Made by a program: the position numbers and the translations under genes
DNA from: Oceanospirillaceae bacterium
GTDB taxonomy: Bacteria; Pseudomonadota; Gammaproteobacteria; Pseudomonadales; Balneatricaceae
NCBI GenBank assembly: GCA_003523085.1
Contig: DPHD01000024.1
Coordinates: 2,046-66,045, forward strand
Length of the DNA: 64,000 nucleotides
Reading direction: 5' to 3'
Shown: positions 1 to 9,686 of the stretch, in pieces
How the letters are laid out: every line of letters begins with the position of its first letter
How positions within the stretch are numbered: the first letter of the stretch is position 1
Notes under the pieces: generated by a model
Database searches by the model: none
Told to the model about the DNA's origin: nothing
What the model saw: the letters and a program-made list of their open reading frames with translations, nothing else

Positions 1-1085
1 GATACAAACATTGAGCCAGCACCTACTACCGACGCGCCCATGCCGGCAACCTCGCCTAACGGCTCCATAGCCAAAGCGTTAAGGTTGCCAAACTGAAACC
101 CAATGCCAGCAAAAATCGCAAACAAAAATGCCATGGTATGCATGAGTGGCGGCACACCGGCGTAGAGCTGAGCGTACAGATACAGGCCCAAAGAACCGAT
201 AAACACCCACGCATTTGTGAGTTGCACCAGCCTGAACATACCCCAGCGCATAACCAATTTGGCGTTGAGGTAGGATGAAATGAGGTTAGGAAAAACTAAG
301 GCGCTAAAATACAGCGGAAAGGCCTCACCTACGTCGTAAATTTGCTGGAATAACACCTGACTAGAGCTTAAATAACCCAAAAATCCGCCAAACACTAAAC
401 CGCTCACAAGGGTGTAACCGGCAGCAACGCGGTTGCTCAGCACCAACACCAATGCCTGCCACAATACTTTAGGGTGTATAGATCGGCGCTTTTCCTGGGG
501 TAGCGTTTCATCAAGACGCAGCCATGTCCAGATACATAACAACAGGGCTAATATGATGTAGGTGGCAAAAATGATGTGCCAAGGCCCAAACCACAGCAAT
601 ACCTGACCCAACATCGGCGCGCAAATAGGCACCATCATAAACACTGAGCCAGACAAGGACATAATGCGGGCCATGGCTCGGCCGCTATAACAATCTCTGG
701 CTAAGGCCGATACCATAATGCGTGGGCCAGAGGCTCCTATACCTTGTAAAAACCGGCCGGCAAGCATCATTTCTAGAGATTGCGCCGACATGGACAAAAT
801 ACAGCCTAATATAAAAAAGCCAAAACCCACATAAATTCCGGGTAGGCGCCCTACCCGATCAGAAATGGGGCCGTATATGAGTTGGCCAATGGCAAAGCCA
901 GCAAATAGGGTGGTGATGACCAGTTGGATTTCACTGCCATCAACATCAAAGTCTCGCGCCATAAAGCCCAACGCAGGCAATATGGCGTCGATCGACAAAG
1001 CCACCACCGACATTAATGAGGCCATGAGAAATATAAATTCTCCTATACCAATGCGGATGGGTGTGGTGTTGGAATGGTTAGGCAT
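1..1085 (-). CDS. Bcr/CflA-family multidrug efflux MFS transporter (3' end runs off the window)
   Basis: Not in the ORF track. Manual translation from ATG 1085 gives MPNHSNTTPIRIGIGEFIFLMASLMSVVALSIDAILPAL...GQLIYGPISDRVGR, which contains the DHA1 'siD..lPal' motif and MFS motif A. Confidence 0.88.
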   Translation of the reverse strand, partial: MPNHSNTTPIRIGIGEFIFLMASLMSVVALSIDAILPALGFMARDFDVDGSEIQLVITTLFAGFAIGQLIYGPISDRVGRLPGIYVGFGFFILGCILSMSAQSLEMMLAGRFLQGIGASGPRIMVSALARDCYSGRAMARIMSLSGSVFMMVPICAPMLGQVLLWFGPWHIIFATYIILALLLCIWTWLRLDETLPQEKRRSIHPKVLWQALVLVLSNRVAAGYTLVSGLVFGGFLGYLSSSQVLFQQIYDVGEAFPLYFSALVFPNLISSYLNAKLVMRWGMFRLVQLTNAWVFIGSLGLYLYAQLYAGVPPLMHTMAFLFAIFAGIGFQFGNLNALAMEPLGEVAGMGASVVGAGSMFV

Positions 1086-1087
1086 CA

Positions 1088-1414
1088 CTAAGCAGTTACT
1101 GCTGAGGCTGAGACTGGCATAGGTACAATGTAGTTCAATTCTTGTTCTAGCTCTGCTGGTATTGTCTTGATATCAAAAGCCTGCTGTAGATTAAGCCACG
1201 ACTGGGCATCGCCACCAAAAAATCGTGCTAAGCGTAAGGCTGTGTCAACGGTAATTGCGCGTTTTTCATTGACGATTGCGCTGATACGGGTGGCCGGAAT
1301 TTGTAGTTTGATGGCCAAGGCATTAGCAGACATTTCTAGCGGAATTAGATATTCCTCACGTAGGATTTCTCCCGGGTGTATTGGACGCATATTATTGGTT
1401 AGCATTACACTCAC
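1088..1414 (-). CDS. higA: HigA-family antitoxin (HTH-XRE, plasmid maintenance antidote type)
   Basis: PIHPGEILREEYL...RAITVDTALRLARFFG...WLNLQ signature; lies directly downstream of a HigB toxin gene. Confidence 0.92.
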   Translation of the reverse strand: MSVMLTNNMRPIHPGEILREEYLIPLEMSANALAIKLQIPATRISAIVNEKRAITVDTALRLARFFGGDAQSWLNLQQAFDIKTIPAELEQELNYIVPMPVSASAVTA

Positions 1415-1417
1415 TCC

Positions 1418-1702
1418 TTAGTGATAATCGGTAAGTTCTACGGCACTGGGATTCGGCTGATTATCGTCCCAGCTACAACAAAGCCTATATTGCTTATTGA
1501 TTCTAATACTATATTGGCCACTACGATTGCCCGTTAGCTTTTCAAGGTGATTGCCCGGCGGCGACCGTAAAAACTCGCAATGTGTTGCAGAATCCAGTAA
1601 TTGGAGCTTGCGCTCAGCTTGAGCTTGAAACGAGCGGAATCTTTTAGGGCTACTGCCCTCGAACAACTTTTGAGTGGTTTTGTCGGCAAAAGATTCAATC
1701 AT
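1418..1702 (-). CDS. higB: HigB-family toxin (RelE/ParE superfamily, plasmid maintenance killer type)
   Basis: MIESFADK...LRSPPGNHLEKLTGNRSGQYSIRINKQYRL...DYH signature; toxin-first gene order. Confidence 0.92.
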   Translation of the reverse strand: MIESFADKTTQKLFEGSSPKRFRSFQAQAERKLQLLDSATHCEFLRSPPGNHLEKLTGNRSGQYSIRINKQYRLCCSWDDNQPNPSAVELTDYH

Positions 1703-1708
1703 CGATTG

Positions 1709-1737
1709 AGTATGTGCCGTTCGGCGTTATACGTCAA
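1709..1737 (-). promoter_or_regulatory. sigma70 promoter of higBA-1 (TTGACG-17 bp-CATACT)
   Basis: -35 at 1737-1732 and -10 at 1714-1709; only 6 nt separate the -10 box from the higB ATG. Confidence 0.65.
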
Positions 1738-1790
1738 CAGTTTAGCGGTCCCCACGCTGAGCATGGGAACAACATGGATGGCTGAGAGTG

Positions 1791-2567
1791 TTAGCCAGCC
1801 TTTTTATTATGGTCTTTTTTGCGGTAGATGTGGGCTTTGTTTTCGTCGTATAAATACGAATCGTTAAAGTTATCGGTATCAAGCACATGGCCAACCAATA
1901 CCAGCGAGGTGCGGGTGAATTTCTTCTGCCTTACTTTGGCGACTATGTCGCCTAGGGTGCCCACGACCTTGTCCTGATCTGGCCAGCTGGTGCGGTAACA
2001 CACAGCTACGGGGCAGTCTGCGCCGTAGTGTGGCAGCAAGTCTTCTACTATTTTGTGAATACGTGTGACCCCTAGGTGAATGGCCAAGGTCGCGCCAGTG
2101 GCAGCTAAAGCAGGGAGGCGCTCACGCTCTGGGAAGGGAGTTTTGCCTTCGTAACGGGTCATAATCAAGGTTTGTGACACGCCTGAAAGGGTGAGCTCTT
2201 TGCCTAACCAAGCCGCAGAAGCGGAGGTGGCCATGACCCCTGGAATGATTTCATAATCGATGTTTAGTTCTTCTAGGCGGCGAATTTGTTCGCCAATGGC
2301 GCCATATAAGGATGGATCGCCACAGTGTAATCGGGCTACGTGGTGGCCTTTAGCATGGGCATCGGCCATCAGTTCTACTTGGGCATCAAGGGCCATAGGT
2401 GCAGAATCGAGTACTAACGCGCCACGCTCTTTGGCTGTGGCCATGTTTGCTTCTGGAATCAGTGAGCCGGCAAATAGTACTAAAGGCGCTGTATCTAAAA
2501 TGCGCTGACCTTTTAGGGTCATTAGTTCTGGGTCACCGGGGCCTGCGCCAATAAAATAAACGGTCAT
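1791..2567 (-). CDS. cobM: precorrin-4/cobalt-precorrin-4 C11-methyltransferase
   Basis: VYFIGAGPGDPELMTLKG, ARLHCGDPSLYGAI, ELTLSGVSQTLI and SYLY motifs; cob operon context. Confidence 0.93.
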   Translation of the reverse strand: MTVYFIGAGPGDPELMTLKGQRILDTAPLVLFAGSLIPEANMATAKERGALVLDSAPMALDAQVELMADAHAKGHHVARLHCGDPSLYGAIGEQIRRLEELNIDYEIIPGVMATSASAAWLGKELTLSGVSQTLIMTRYEGKTPFPERERLPALAATGATLAIHLGVTRIHKIVEDLLPHYGADCPVAVCYRTSWPDQDKVVGTLGDIVAKVRQKKFTRTSLVLVGHVLDTDNFNDSYLYDENKAHIYRKKDHNKKAG

Positions 2568-2579
2568 GTGTGTGTCCTA

Positions 2580-3356
2580 TTAAAGTTTTTTCTTGTAGCC
2601 ACGTGGGGTGTAAACCCACTCTTTACTGCCGTTAACAATGTGGCGCGACTCGCTGTTACCGACGGAGACTAGGGTGAACATGTCCACGTCTTTGGCGTCC
2701 AACTGGTCCAATCGGATGATGTTAATACTTTCATCTGGGCGGGTCAGCTGACGGCCCAACAATACCGGTGTAGATGCTGGGCGGTGTTGTAGCAAGATAT
2801 CGCGGGCGGTGTTGAGCTGCCAGTCGCGTTTCTTTGATACGGGGTTGTAGAAAGACACGACAAAATCACCTTCGCCGGCTTTTTCAATACGCTTTTGAAT
2901 GGTTTCCCATGGCGTTAACAAGTCGGACAAGGAAATGGTGCAAAAATCGTGGCCTAACATGGCGCCCACACGGCTGGCGCCAGCTTGCATGGCGGAGATG
3001 CCGGGGATCACCTCTAGTTCCACGTCCAACCATTGTGGGTGGTTTTCTTTGCCTTCTAACTGCATGTCGAGCAATTCAAATACTAGGGTGGCCATGGCGT
3101 AAATGCCAATGTCGCCGCTAGAAATAAGCGCCGTGGTTTTGCCGCTTGCAGCCAGATCTAGGGCTAGGCGTGCACGGCCAATCTCTTCGCCTAATGGCAA
3201 GTCGTGGTGTGTTTTGCCGTCACAAACGGCACCCAAAATGTCTAGGTAGAGGCCGTAGGCCACCAAGTCGGTACTGGCTGAAATCGCTGCATGGGCGCGG
3301 GGTGCCACTAGCTGTGAATCACCGGGGCCGGTACTGACGATAAATAATTTGCTCAT
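2580..3356 (-). CDS. cobJ: precorrin-3B/cobalt-factor III C17-methyltransferase
   Basis: ISSGDIGIYAMA, GHDFCTISLSDLLTPW, FYNPVS and YTPRGY motifs. Confidence 0.93.
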   Translation of the reverse strand: MSKLFIVSTGPGDSQLVAPRAHAAISASTDLVAYGLYLDILGAVCDGKTHHDLPLGEEIGRARLALDLAASGKTTALISSGDIGIYAMATLVFELLDMQLEGKENHPQWLDVELEVIPGISAMQAGASRVGAMLGHDFCTISLSDLLTPWETIQKRIEKAGEGDFVVSFYNPVSKKRDWQLNTARDILLQHRPASTPVLLGRQLTRPDESINIIRLDQLDAKDVDMFTLVSVGNSESRHIVNGSKEWVYTPRGYKKKL

Positions 3357-3388
3357 GTTGTTCTCGTATTCAATGGTAGTGCTTGGGG

Positions 3389-4192
3389 TTAATCTTGTTG
3401 GCCAATTGAGCCCGCGCCGGGCGGGTAGGCCCTAGCAATAGCACAGGTGGCTTTAGGGGTTTTTAATTTAGCTTGTATTAATTCGGCGGTGTTACCGGTG
3501 GCTTGTTGGGCCGACCAGAGTGCGGCAGATTCGGCCACGCCATACACACCTACCGTGTCGTACACATATTGCGACGGATTAACGAGTTGATCGTTTACGG
3601 CGGCGAGAATTTCTGCGCTGTAGGTCTGAAAGCTTTTGCCAAGGTTTTTGGCGAGTTCAATCAGGCCAACTTCATCGGCTTTAATGTCTATGCTGTTAAT
3701 GCTGACGATGTCGTCAAGGGCGAGCCCTTGTTGCTGCAAACATTGCGTCAAAAATTCGAGCAAGTGGCTTTGGCTACAGCCGCGTTCGCAGCCCATGCCT
3801 ACGGTATAAACCGGTTGTAGATAGGGTTGGGCGGTGGTCATGGCCAGTTGCGCGTTTAACAAATCACTGACTTGGCGGCCCCATTCGTTGGCTCCGCCTT
3901 CATGGCCGGACAGCAAGGGAATGACAAATTCGCCTTGCTCATCCAATACCAAAACAGCAGGGTCTCGGTACTTGTCTATCAATACCGGGGCTAGCGTACG
4001 CACTGCGATGCCGGTGGCACAGATCAGAATGAGCCGCTCGCCGTGTTCAAAAGCGGTCTGCACCGTTTCTGCAAAGGGTTGTGGTTTTAGCTCAAAGGTC
4101 ACCTCAGCGCCTGAATCTTGCGCCAGTAATAACGTCTTTAAACGTTCTCCAAGGCGTGCGCCAGCCTCTGTTAGAGCAAAAATTCGGATCAC
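3389..4192 (-). CDS. cbiG: cobalt-precorrin-5A hydrolase CbiG (compact form)
   Basis: ATGIAVR..AP..DK..DPAV, PLLSGHEGGAN, VGMGCERG, KADEVGL and GVAESAA motifs. Confidence 0.88.
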   Translation of the reverse strand: MIRIFALTEAGARLGERLKTLLLAQDSGAEVTFELKPQPFAETVQTAFEHGERLILICATGIAVRTLAPVLIDKYRDPAVLVLDEQGEFVIPLLSGHEGGANEWGRQVSDLLNAQLAMTTAQPYLQPVYTVGMGCERGCSQSHLLEFLTQCLQQQGLALDDIVSINSIDIKADEVGLIELAKNLGKSFQTYSAEILAAVNDQLVNPSQYVYDTVGVYGVAESAALWSAQQATGNTAELIQAKLKTPKATCAIARAYPPGAGSIGQQD

Positions 4193-4938
4193 GAATCACG
4201 CTCCTGTTTGAGTATTACAAACAAAGAAAAATAAGGCCCGGATGTATTGGCTAACTGGCTTACGTCAGTAACAATATGTTGATTGTCACGACCAATATAC
4301 TCAAGGTAGTTAGCATCAGCCATGCGCCCCGTTTGTTCTAGTAGGGCCAAAATTCTAGGTCGGGCGCTGCCGGCTTTCATAATCACTACGCTGTCGTGGC
4401 TGGTTAGGGCTTGCTGTAATTGGGCATCGGTATGGCGGCCGCTCATCACCACAAAGGATTCTTGCAGTAAGGTGAGCGGTTGCTTTAATGCAGACGCAGC
4501 GCCATTAACCGAAGAAATACCGGGCACCACTAAGCATTCACATGTATCACTCAAACGTTCTAATAAATAGCTAAAGGAGCCAAAAAACAGTGGGTCCCCT
4601 TCACATAAAAAGGCCACGCTGCGGCCTGATTTAATGTGTGCGGCAATTTGCTCAGCAGCCAAATCGTATGCCGCGTTTGCAGCGCTTCGATCAGTGCTCA
4701 TGGGCATAGGAATGGCGATTTCTATGGCCGGTTGGTTACGGCTAGCAATGCTGTGTTGGGCAATATCACGGGCTTGGGAAGTGCCTACTGCGCCGGGAGA
4801 GCCTTTTTGGTTGGCCAAATAACAAATCACGTCGGCAGTCAAAATCAGATAGTGGGCTTTTAAGGTAATTAATAGGGGATCACCAGGGCCTACCCCGACG
4901 CCATAAAATGTATTGGCTTGCGCGTTATAGTTATGCAT
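4189..4938 (-). CDS. cobI: precorrin-2/cobalt-factor II C20-methyltransferase
   Basis: FYGVGVGPGDPLLITLKA, FLCEGDPLFFGSF and PYFS motifs. Start placed at ATG 4938, which overlaps the cobL stop. Confidence 0.9.
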   Translation of the reverse strand: MHNYNAQANTFYGVGVGPGDPLLITLKAHYLILTADVICYLANQKGSPGAVGTSQARDIAQHSIASRNQPAIEIAIPMPMSTDRSAANAAYDLAAEQIAAHIKSGRSVAFLCEGDPLFFGSFSYLLERLSDTCECLVVPGISSVNGAASALKQPLTLLQESFVVMSGRHTDAQLQQALTSHDSVVIMKAGSARPRILALLEQTGRMADANYLEYIGRDNQHIVTDVSQLANTSGPYFSLFVILKQERDS

Positions 4939-6188
4939 TAATGGGTTTCCTTGAGGGCTTTGTGCCAACTCATCAAAGTAACGGGCAAGGCTGGGCGTAG
5001 TAGATCTTGTCCAGCGATGGTGTCGTGGCGGCTCACAGCCACTTGTAAATAATCTGCGGGATGTTGGGCAATGTGCCGAGAAAATTCCCGTAGTGTGGCT
5101 TTGCTCGGCTCTGTTACGGCACTGGCTACAAGGTGCCCGCCGGGTTTAAGCCGCTGCCAACTCAGTTGCAATATGGCGCTAAGATCGCCACCGCTACCAC
5201 CAATAAATACTTTGTCTGGATCATCAAGATCTACTAAGGCATCAGGCGCCCTGCCTTGGACCGTGTGTAAGTTAGTGCTCACACCAAAGGTTTCTTTATT
5301 GGCGTTTAAGCAGTCCAGGCGTTGGTCGTGGTGTTCAATACCGTAAACGCTACCCAGCGGATTCCACAGCGCCAGTTCGATAGCTACACCACCACAACCT
5401 GCACCGATGTCCCATATAACTTCTCGCGGTGCGGCTTGAATCAAGGAGAGAATGTTAAGCCTAACTTCGCGTTTGGTGAGTAGGCCTTGGCCAGATTCGC
5501 CATCGGTTTTAAAGTGCGCATCGGGTATGCCAGGAAAATTAGGTTTTACATTACCTACACCTTGCGTGTTAACCACGGTCACATGCAGGTCGGCAAAGGC
5601 AGTGGTTGATGTGGCTAATTCGCAGGCTTTAAACTGCCGGTGGTTTTGATCGTTATAACCTAGGCGTTCGCATACGTGTAGGTTGGACTGGCCTAAGTTA
5701 GCGGCCACCAAAGCCTGGGCAATGGCTTGGGGGTGGCTGTGTTGATCGGTGAGAATCAACAGATTGCGGTTAGGTTGCAAATAACGGTTTAGGTTGCTGA
5801 GCGGGCGGCCATGCAGGCTAATTAGTTGAGTGTCTTGTAGTGATAAACCGGTGACTTCACAAGCGCCCTGGACACTCGACACACCGCTGATGCAGGTGAC
5901 GTTATGGCTGGCAAATTGGGCCTGAAGGTATTTACCAATGCCAAATAATAACGGGTCACCGGAGGCCAGAATCACCACCCGCTCAAAGCCCTTGATGTCA
6001 TTGGCGATCTGCTTAAGTTTAGGCAGGGGCACCTGTGTTGCTGAGGCGTTGATTTGAACTTGAGCCAGGCTTTCTAGCTGCCTCGGCGAACCCATCACGC
6101 AGTCGCTATTGCTGAGCGCAGTCAAGGCCAGCGCGCTGAGTAAGGGGGGCTGGCAAATGCCTAAACCAATCACCGTAATCTGTGGCAT
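4938..6188 (-). CDS. cobL: bifunctional precorrin-6Y C5,C15-methyltransferase (CbiE-CbiT fusion)
   Basis: LASGDPLLFGIG, SLHGR, TKREVR, WDIGAGCGGVAIE and VFIGGSGG motifs. Start placed at ATG 6188 (ATGA overlap with cobH). Confidence 0.92.
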   Translation of the reverse strand: MPQITVIGLGICQPPLLSALALTALSNSDCVMGSPRQLESLAQVQINASATQVPLPKLKQIANDIKGFERVVILASGDPLLFGIGKYLQAQFASHNVTCISGVSSVQGACEVTGLSLQDTQLISLHGRPLSNLNRYLQPNRNLLILTDQHSHPQAIAQALVAANLGQSNLHVCERLGYNDQNHRQFKACELATSTTAFADLHVTVVNTQGVGNVKPNFPGIPDAHFKTDGESGQGLLTKREVRLNILSLIQAAPREVIWDIGAGCGGVAIELALWNPLGSVYGIEHHDQRLDCLNANKETFGVSTNLHTVQGRAPDALVDLDDPDKVFIGGSGGDLSAILQLSWQRLKPGGHLVASAVTEPSKATLREFSRHIAQHPADYLQVAVSRHDTIAGQDLLRPALPVTLMSWHKALKETH

Positions 6189-6829
6189 CAGTAACGCTCG
6201 CCAATGTTGCAGCGTAATAGTGCGTTCACCACGGAGGATGCAGCGGCGCTGCCACCCTGGCGGCCAAGCAAAGTGATACACTCAATGCCAAGTTCTTCAT
6301 GCATGTCCCAAAGCGTTTGTTTGGATTCCGCCGCGCCCACAAAGCCCACGGGAATACCTACGATAAGTGCAGGTTTTACGCCGCCTGCTTTAATCATTTC
6401 TAACAAGCGAAATAATGCCGTGGGAGCATTACCAATCACCACCACACTGCCCGCTAGTTGCTGGCCCCATAACTCTAACGCCGCCATGGATCGCGTTTCG
6501 CCTTTGTGTTTGGCTAAGTCGGCGGTGCGTTCATGGTTTAAATAACACAAAGGTGGATTGGCTATCATGCGCTTGGTGATGCCTTGTTTAACCATTTCGA
6601 CGTCGCACAATATGGCGTTACCTTGGGCGAGGGCGGCTCGGCCTTGGGCGCAGGCGTTAGCGCTGACACGCATTTGTGTGGCCACCAAAGGGTCGCCCAC
6701 ACTGTGAACTACACGCATCACGACTTGTTGAGCGTCTTCGCACAAGCCTGACAAATCCGTTAGTTCTCGTATTTGACGAAAGCTGTCTTGTTCGATGGCC
6801 TGTGGGTTGGGCTGATATTCAAAACTCAT
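6188..6829 (-). CDS. cobH: precorrin-8X methylmutase
   Basis: P..IE..SF..I, GETRS, IGNAPTALF, PVGFVGAAESK and GR.GGS motifs. Start placed at ATG 6829. Confidence 0.93.
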   Translation of the reverse strand: MSFEYQPNPQAIEQDSFRQIRELTDLSGLCEDAQQVVMRVVHSVGDPLVATQMRVSANACAQGRAALAQGNAILCDVEMVKQGITKRMIANPPLCYLNHERTADLAKHKGETRSMAALELWGQQLAGSVVVIGNAPTALFRLLEMIKAGGVKPALIVGIPVGFVGAAESKQTLWDMHEELGIECITLLGRQGGSAAASSVVNALLRCNIGERY

Positions 6830-6839
6830 CGCTGTTGGC

Positions 6840-7811
6840 CTAGTGCTTGTGGCCGTGATGATGATGGTGCCCATGGTCGTGGCTGTGACCATGGTCGTCA
6901 TCGGTGCCAATACCCTGCACATGGTGGTGATGACCTTCTTGCGGTTGGCCAACCTTGTGTTCTACACCAATGATTTGTACTCGGTATTGGCACAGCTGGC
7001 AGTTCATGTTGGCGTCGCCACCGGTAATTTGATCGAGGCGCTCAACAAAGGTGTCGATGACTTTCTCATGGGCGTTAAGGTAAGGGGCTTTAACCACTTC
7101 AACATCTGGATGCGCGGCGATGTATTCATCGGTAGCGGCATAAATACGCTTCACTAAACGGCCGGTGAAGAGGAAGTAAGGGAAGACGATGACACGTTTA
7201 AAACCAAGGCCATGGGTCTTTTCCAAACACTCGGGCACTAACGGGGCGGTAACGCCAGAAAAACCAGTGGCCGCCCAGCCAAAACCCATGCCTTCTTCAA
7301 GGAAACGGGTAATTTTACTAATGTTGGAGTTGGCATCTGGGTCGGTTGCGCCACGGCCAATGACCACGAGTAAGGTGTCTTTGCGGTCGGTGGCTGGGTC
7401 ATAGTCTTTAAACTGCGCTTCGGCTTGTTTGATACGGTCTTGGGCCGCTTGTAGCATTTTAGAATCCACGCCTAGTTCTGAACCGTATGAAATCTTAATG
7501 CCGTGTTTTAGCTGTTGGTTATTGAGTTCGCTAGGAATGTCGTTCTTGGCGTGAGCGCCAATCATGAGCATGCCCGGTACAGCGTGAATATGGGTTGCGC
7601 CTTGATCCACCAGTTTTTGCACAGCGTCACCAATAATGGGGCGTACAAATTCCAAGAAACCTGTTTCTACCATGCGGTCGGGGAAACGTGCAGAAAACTG
7701 TTCTGCTAATTGGTAAAATTCGGAGACTGCCTCGTTGTCACGGGAGCCGTGGCCAACAAATAAGATGGCGGGCTTTTGAGGGGCGTCTTTAGTAATTACA
7801 TTGCTGCTCAT
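6840..7811 (-). CDS. cbiX: sirohydrochlorin cobaltochelatase CbiX, long form with MNCxxC and His-rich tail
   Basis: VGHGSRD, HAKNDIP, IGRG..DPDAN, PYFLFTG and MNCQLC motifs; tail HHHHVQG...HGHSHDHGHHHHHGHKH. Confidence 0.9.
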   Translation of the reverse strand: MSSNVITKDAPQKPAILFVGHGSRDNEAVSEFYQLAEQFSARFPDRMVETGFLEFVRPIIGDAVQKLVDQGATHIHAVPGMLMIGAHAKNDIPSELNNQQLKHGIKISYGSELGVDSKMLQAAQDRIKQAEAQFKDYDPATDRKDTLLVVIGRGATDPDANSNISKITRFLEEGMGFGWAATGFSGVTAPLVPECLEKTHGLGFKRVIVFPYFLFTGRLVKRIYAATDEYIAAHPDVEVVKAPYLNAHEKVIDTFVERLDQITGGDANMNCQLCQYRVQIIGVEHKVGQPQEGHHHHVQGIGTDDDHGHSHDHGHHHHHGHKH

Positions 7812-8560
7812 GGAGTATTTCCTTTAGTGTGCTGTGCCGCTTGTGAGACCTGTTCTACAAGGGCGTCAAAGTCTTCTTCTACAGGCCCAGCAATGGCTGG
7901 GCGCTGCAACATTAATACGGGTATGTTCAAGCTTCGAGCCGCGGACAATTTGGCAACTGTGGATTCACCGCCGCTGTTCTTACTGGCAATGGCTTGAATT
8001 TGGTGCTGTTGCAATAATGCTTTTTCGTCGGCTTCTGCAAACGGGCCAATGGCTTTAATCCATGTGACATTGTTGGGTAGTCTGAACTTAGGTTCGACGG
8101 CAGTGCGTAACCAAATTTGGCACTCAGATAAATGCACCAGCTCTGCTGCGCTGACCTGGCCTAATGTGAGCATGATGCGCTCGTAGCCACTGAGGGCTTG
8201 AATTAACGCCGACCGTTCGCTGAATAAATGCCAATCGTCTCCGCTTTGATGCTGCCATTGTGGCCGTAAAAAACGCCAGTAATGAATGCCAAGGGCTGTG
8301 CAGGTTTGGTTGGCAATATTGCCCATATGACTACTAAAGGGGTGCGTGGCATTTAACACTGCGTCTATTTGATTGTTGCTGCAATAGGCCGCCAATCCAC
8401 TGTATTGAGTAAAACCGCCACTGATTACCGTAGCAGGCAATGTAGGCAAACGAACTAAACCTACAACGCTATAAATGAGTTCACAGTTAGGGCATGACTC
8501 ATGAATGGCTTGAGTTAAGTGCCGTGCGTCTGCGGTGCCGCCTAGAATAAGAAGCCTCAT
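7808..8560 (-). CDS. cobK: precorrin-6A/cobalt-precorrin-6A reductase
   Basis: LLILGGT, SGGF, ATHPF, GPF...E, SKNSGG and K..AAR motifs. Confidence 0.92.
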   Translation of the reverse strand: MRLLILGGTADARHLTQAIHESCPNCELIYSVVGLVRLPTLPATVISGGFTQYSGLAAYCSNNQIDAVLNATHPFSSHMGNIANQTCTALGIHYWRFLRPQWQHQSGDDWHLFSERSALIQALSGYERIMLTLGQVSAAELVHLSECQIWLRTAVEPKFRLPNNVTWIKAIGPFAEADEKALLQQHQIQAIASKNSGGESTVAKLSAARSLNIPVLMLQRPAIAGPVEEDFDALVEQVSQAAQHTKGNTP

Positions 8561-9678
8561 GATGAAAGTGCCTGACTTAATGCGCTGCCTAGCAATTGAC
8601 CTTGTCGATTAACCGCAAAAATCTCTAGTTGCACTGAGTTGGGTACGCTTTGTTGGGCAAAGGTTAAGGCGTTTTGGCACACAGCGTGGGCTAAATCGAT
8701 GCCCTGCTGCTGGCATAACCCAAGGGCCTCTAGGCTGGTGTTGCAGTCTTCGATGGCCGATATTAGGTCGTTATCTGCGCCTAAGTTGGAGGCTATGTGG
8801 GCCAACTTCGGTAAATTTATAGAAGACCGGCTGCTGTGTAAGTCTAGGTGCCCGTCTGCCAGTTTGCTGATTTTGCCAAAACCACCACAAATCGTTAGGC
8901 GCTTAACGGGGGCCTTTTTAAGGTGTTTTAATACCGCACCAGCAAAGTCGCCCATTTCGATGAGCTGCATGTCATCCAGCCCATAGTGGTCGGCTATAAA
9001 GGCTTCGCTAGCATTGCCGGTGGCGGCAGCCACATGGGCAAAGTCGTTGGCTAGGGCGACATCCAAACCCTGATGAATAGAGGCGATCCATGCACTACAT
9101 GAATAAGGCCGTACAATACCAGTGGTGCCTAAAATGGATAAGCCGCCTAAAATACCCAAGCGGCCATTCATGGTTTTTTTAGCGATTTCGGCACCGTTGA
9201 TTACCCCTACCTTAACTTCAAAACCACCTGCATAGTCATAAAATGCAGCCAAACGGTTAAGATGCGAGGTCATCATGGCCCTCGGTACAGGGTTAATGGC
9301 AGCTTGGCCTACGTCCAATAACAAACCAGAACGGGTGACCGTGCCTACGCCTGCGCCTGCAATAAACTCAATGCCCAAAGCTTTGCTAAGGGTTAGCTCC
9401 ACCCAAATGGTTGCACCATGGGTGGCGTCTGGATCGTCGCCAGCGTCTTTGATGGTTGCGGCACGGGCCGTTTGGTCGTTGGTAAACGCCAATTGTGTAA
9501 GGTCTAGTTGTACCTGTTTACTGCCGTCAGCGGGTTTGGGTAAGGTCACGCTAACGCTGGTTTTCTGCTGATGCCCCAACAACAAATGCCCCGCGGCTAA
9601 ACAACAGGCGGTCGCGCAAGTGCCGGTGGTTAAACCGGTGCGCAAAGGTTGTTGTTGTTCGCTAGATTCGGGCCACAT
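8557..9678 (-). CDS. cbiD: cobalt-precorrin-5B C1-methyltransferase
   Basis: LRTGLTTGTCATA, KDAGDDPDATHG, AINPVPR and LGILGGLSILGTTGIV motifs. Confidence 0.95.
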   Translation of the reverse strand: MWPESSEQQQPLRTGLTTGTCATACCLAAGHLLLGHQQKTSVSVTLPKPADGSKQVQLDLTQLAFTNDQTARAATIKDAGDDPDATHGATIWVELTLSKALGIEFIAGAGVGTVTRSGLLLDVGQAAINPVPRAMMTSHLNRLAAFYDYAGGFEVKVGVINGAEIAKKTMNGRLGILGGLSILGTTGIVRPYSCSAWIASIHQGLDVALANDFAHVAAATGNASEAFIADHYGLDDMQLIEMGDFAGAVLKHLKKAPVKRLTICGGFGKISKLADGHLDLHSSRSSINLPKLAHIASNLGADNDLISAIEDCNTSLEALGLCQQQGIDLAHAVCQNALTFAQQSVPNSVQLEIFAVNRQGQLLGSALSQALSS

Positions 9679-9686
9679 AATTTGCC

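Noticed and set aside
6843..6935. Short tandem GTG/ATG repeats as a possible repeat array
   Set aside because: They are explained by the poly-His coding sequence; there is no spacer structure.
6830..6952. Thr/Met-rich N-terminal extension of the cobH ORF
   Set aside because: It is the alternate-frame reading of the cbiX His codons; the real start is 6829.
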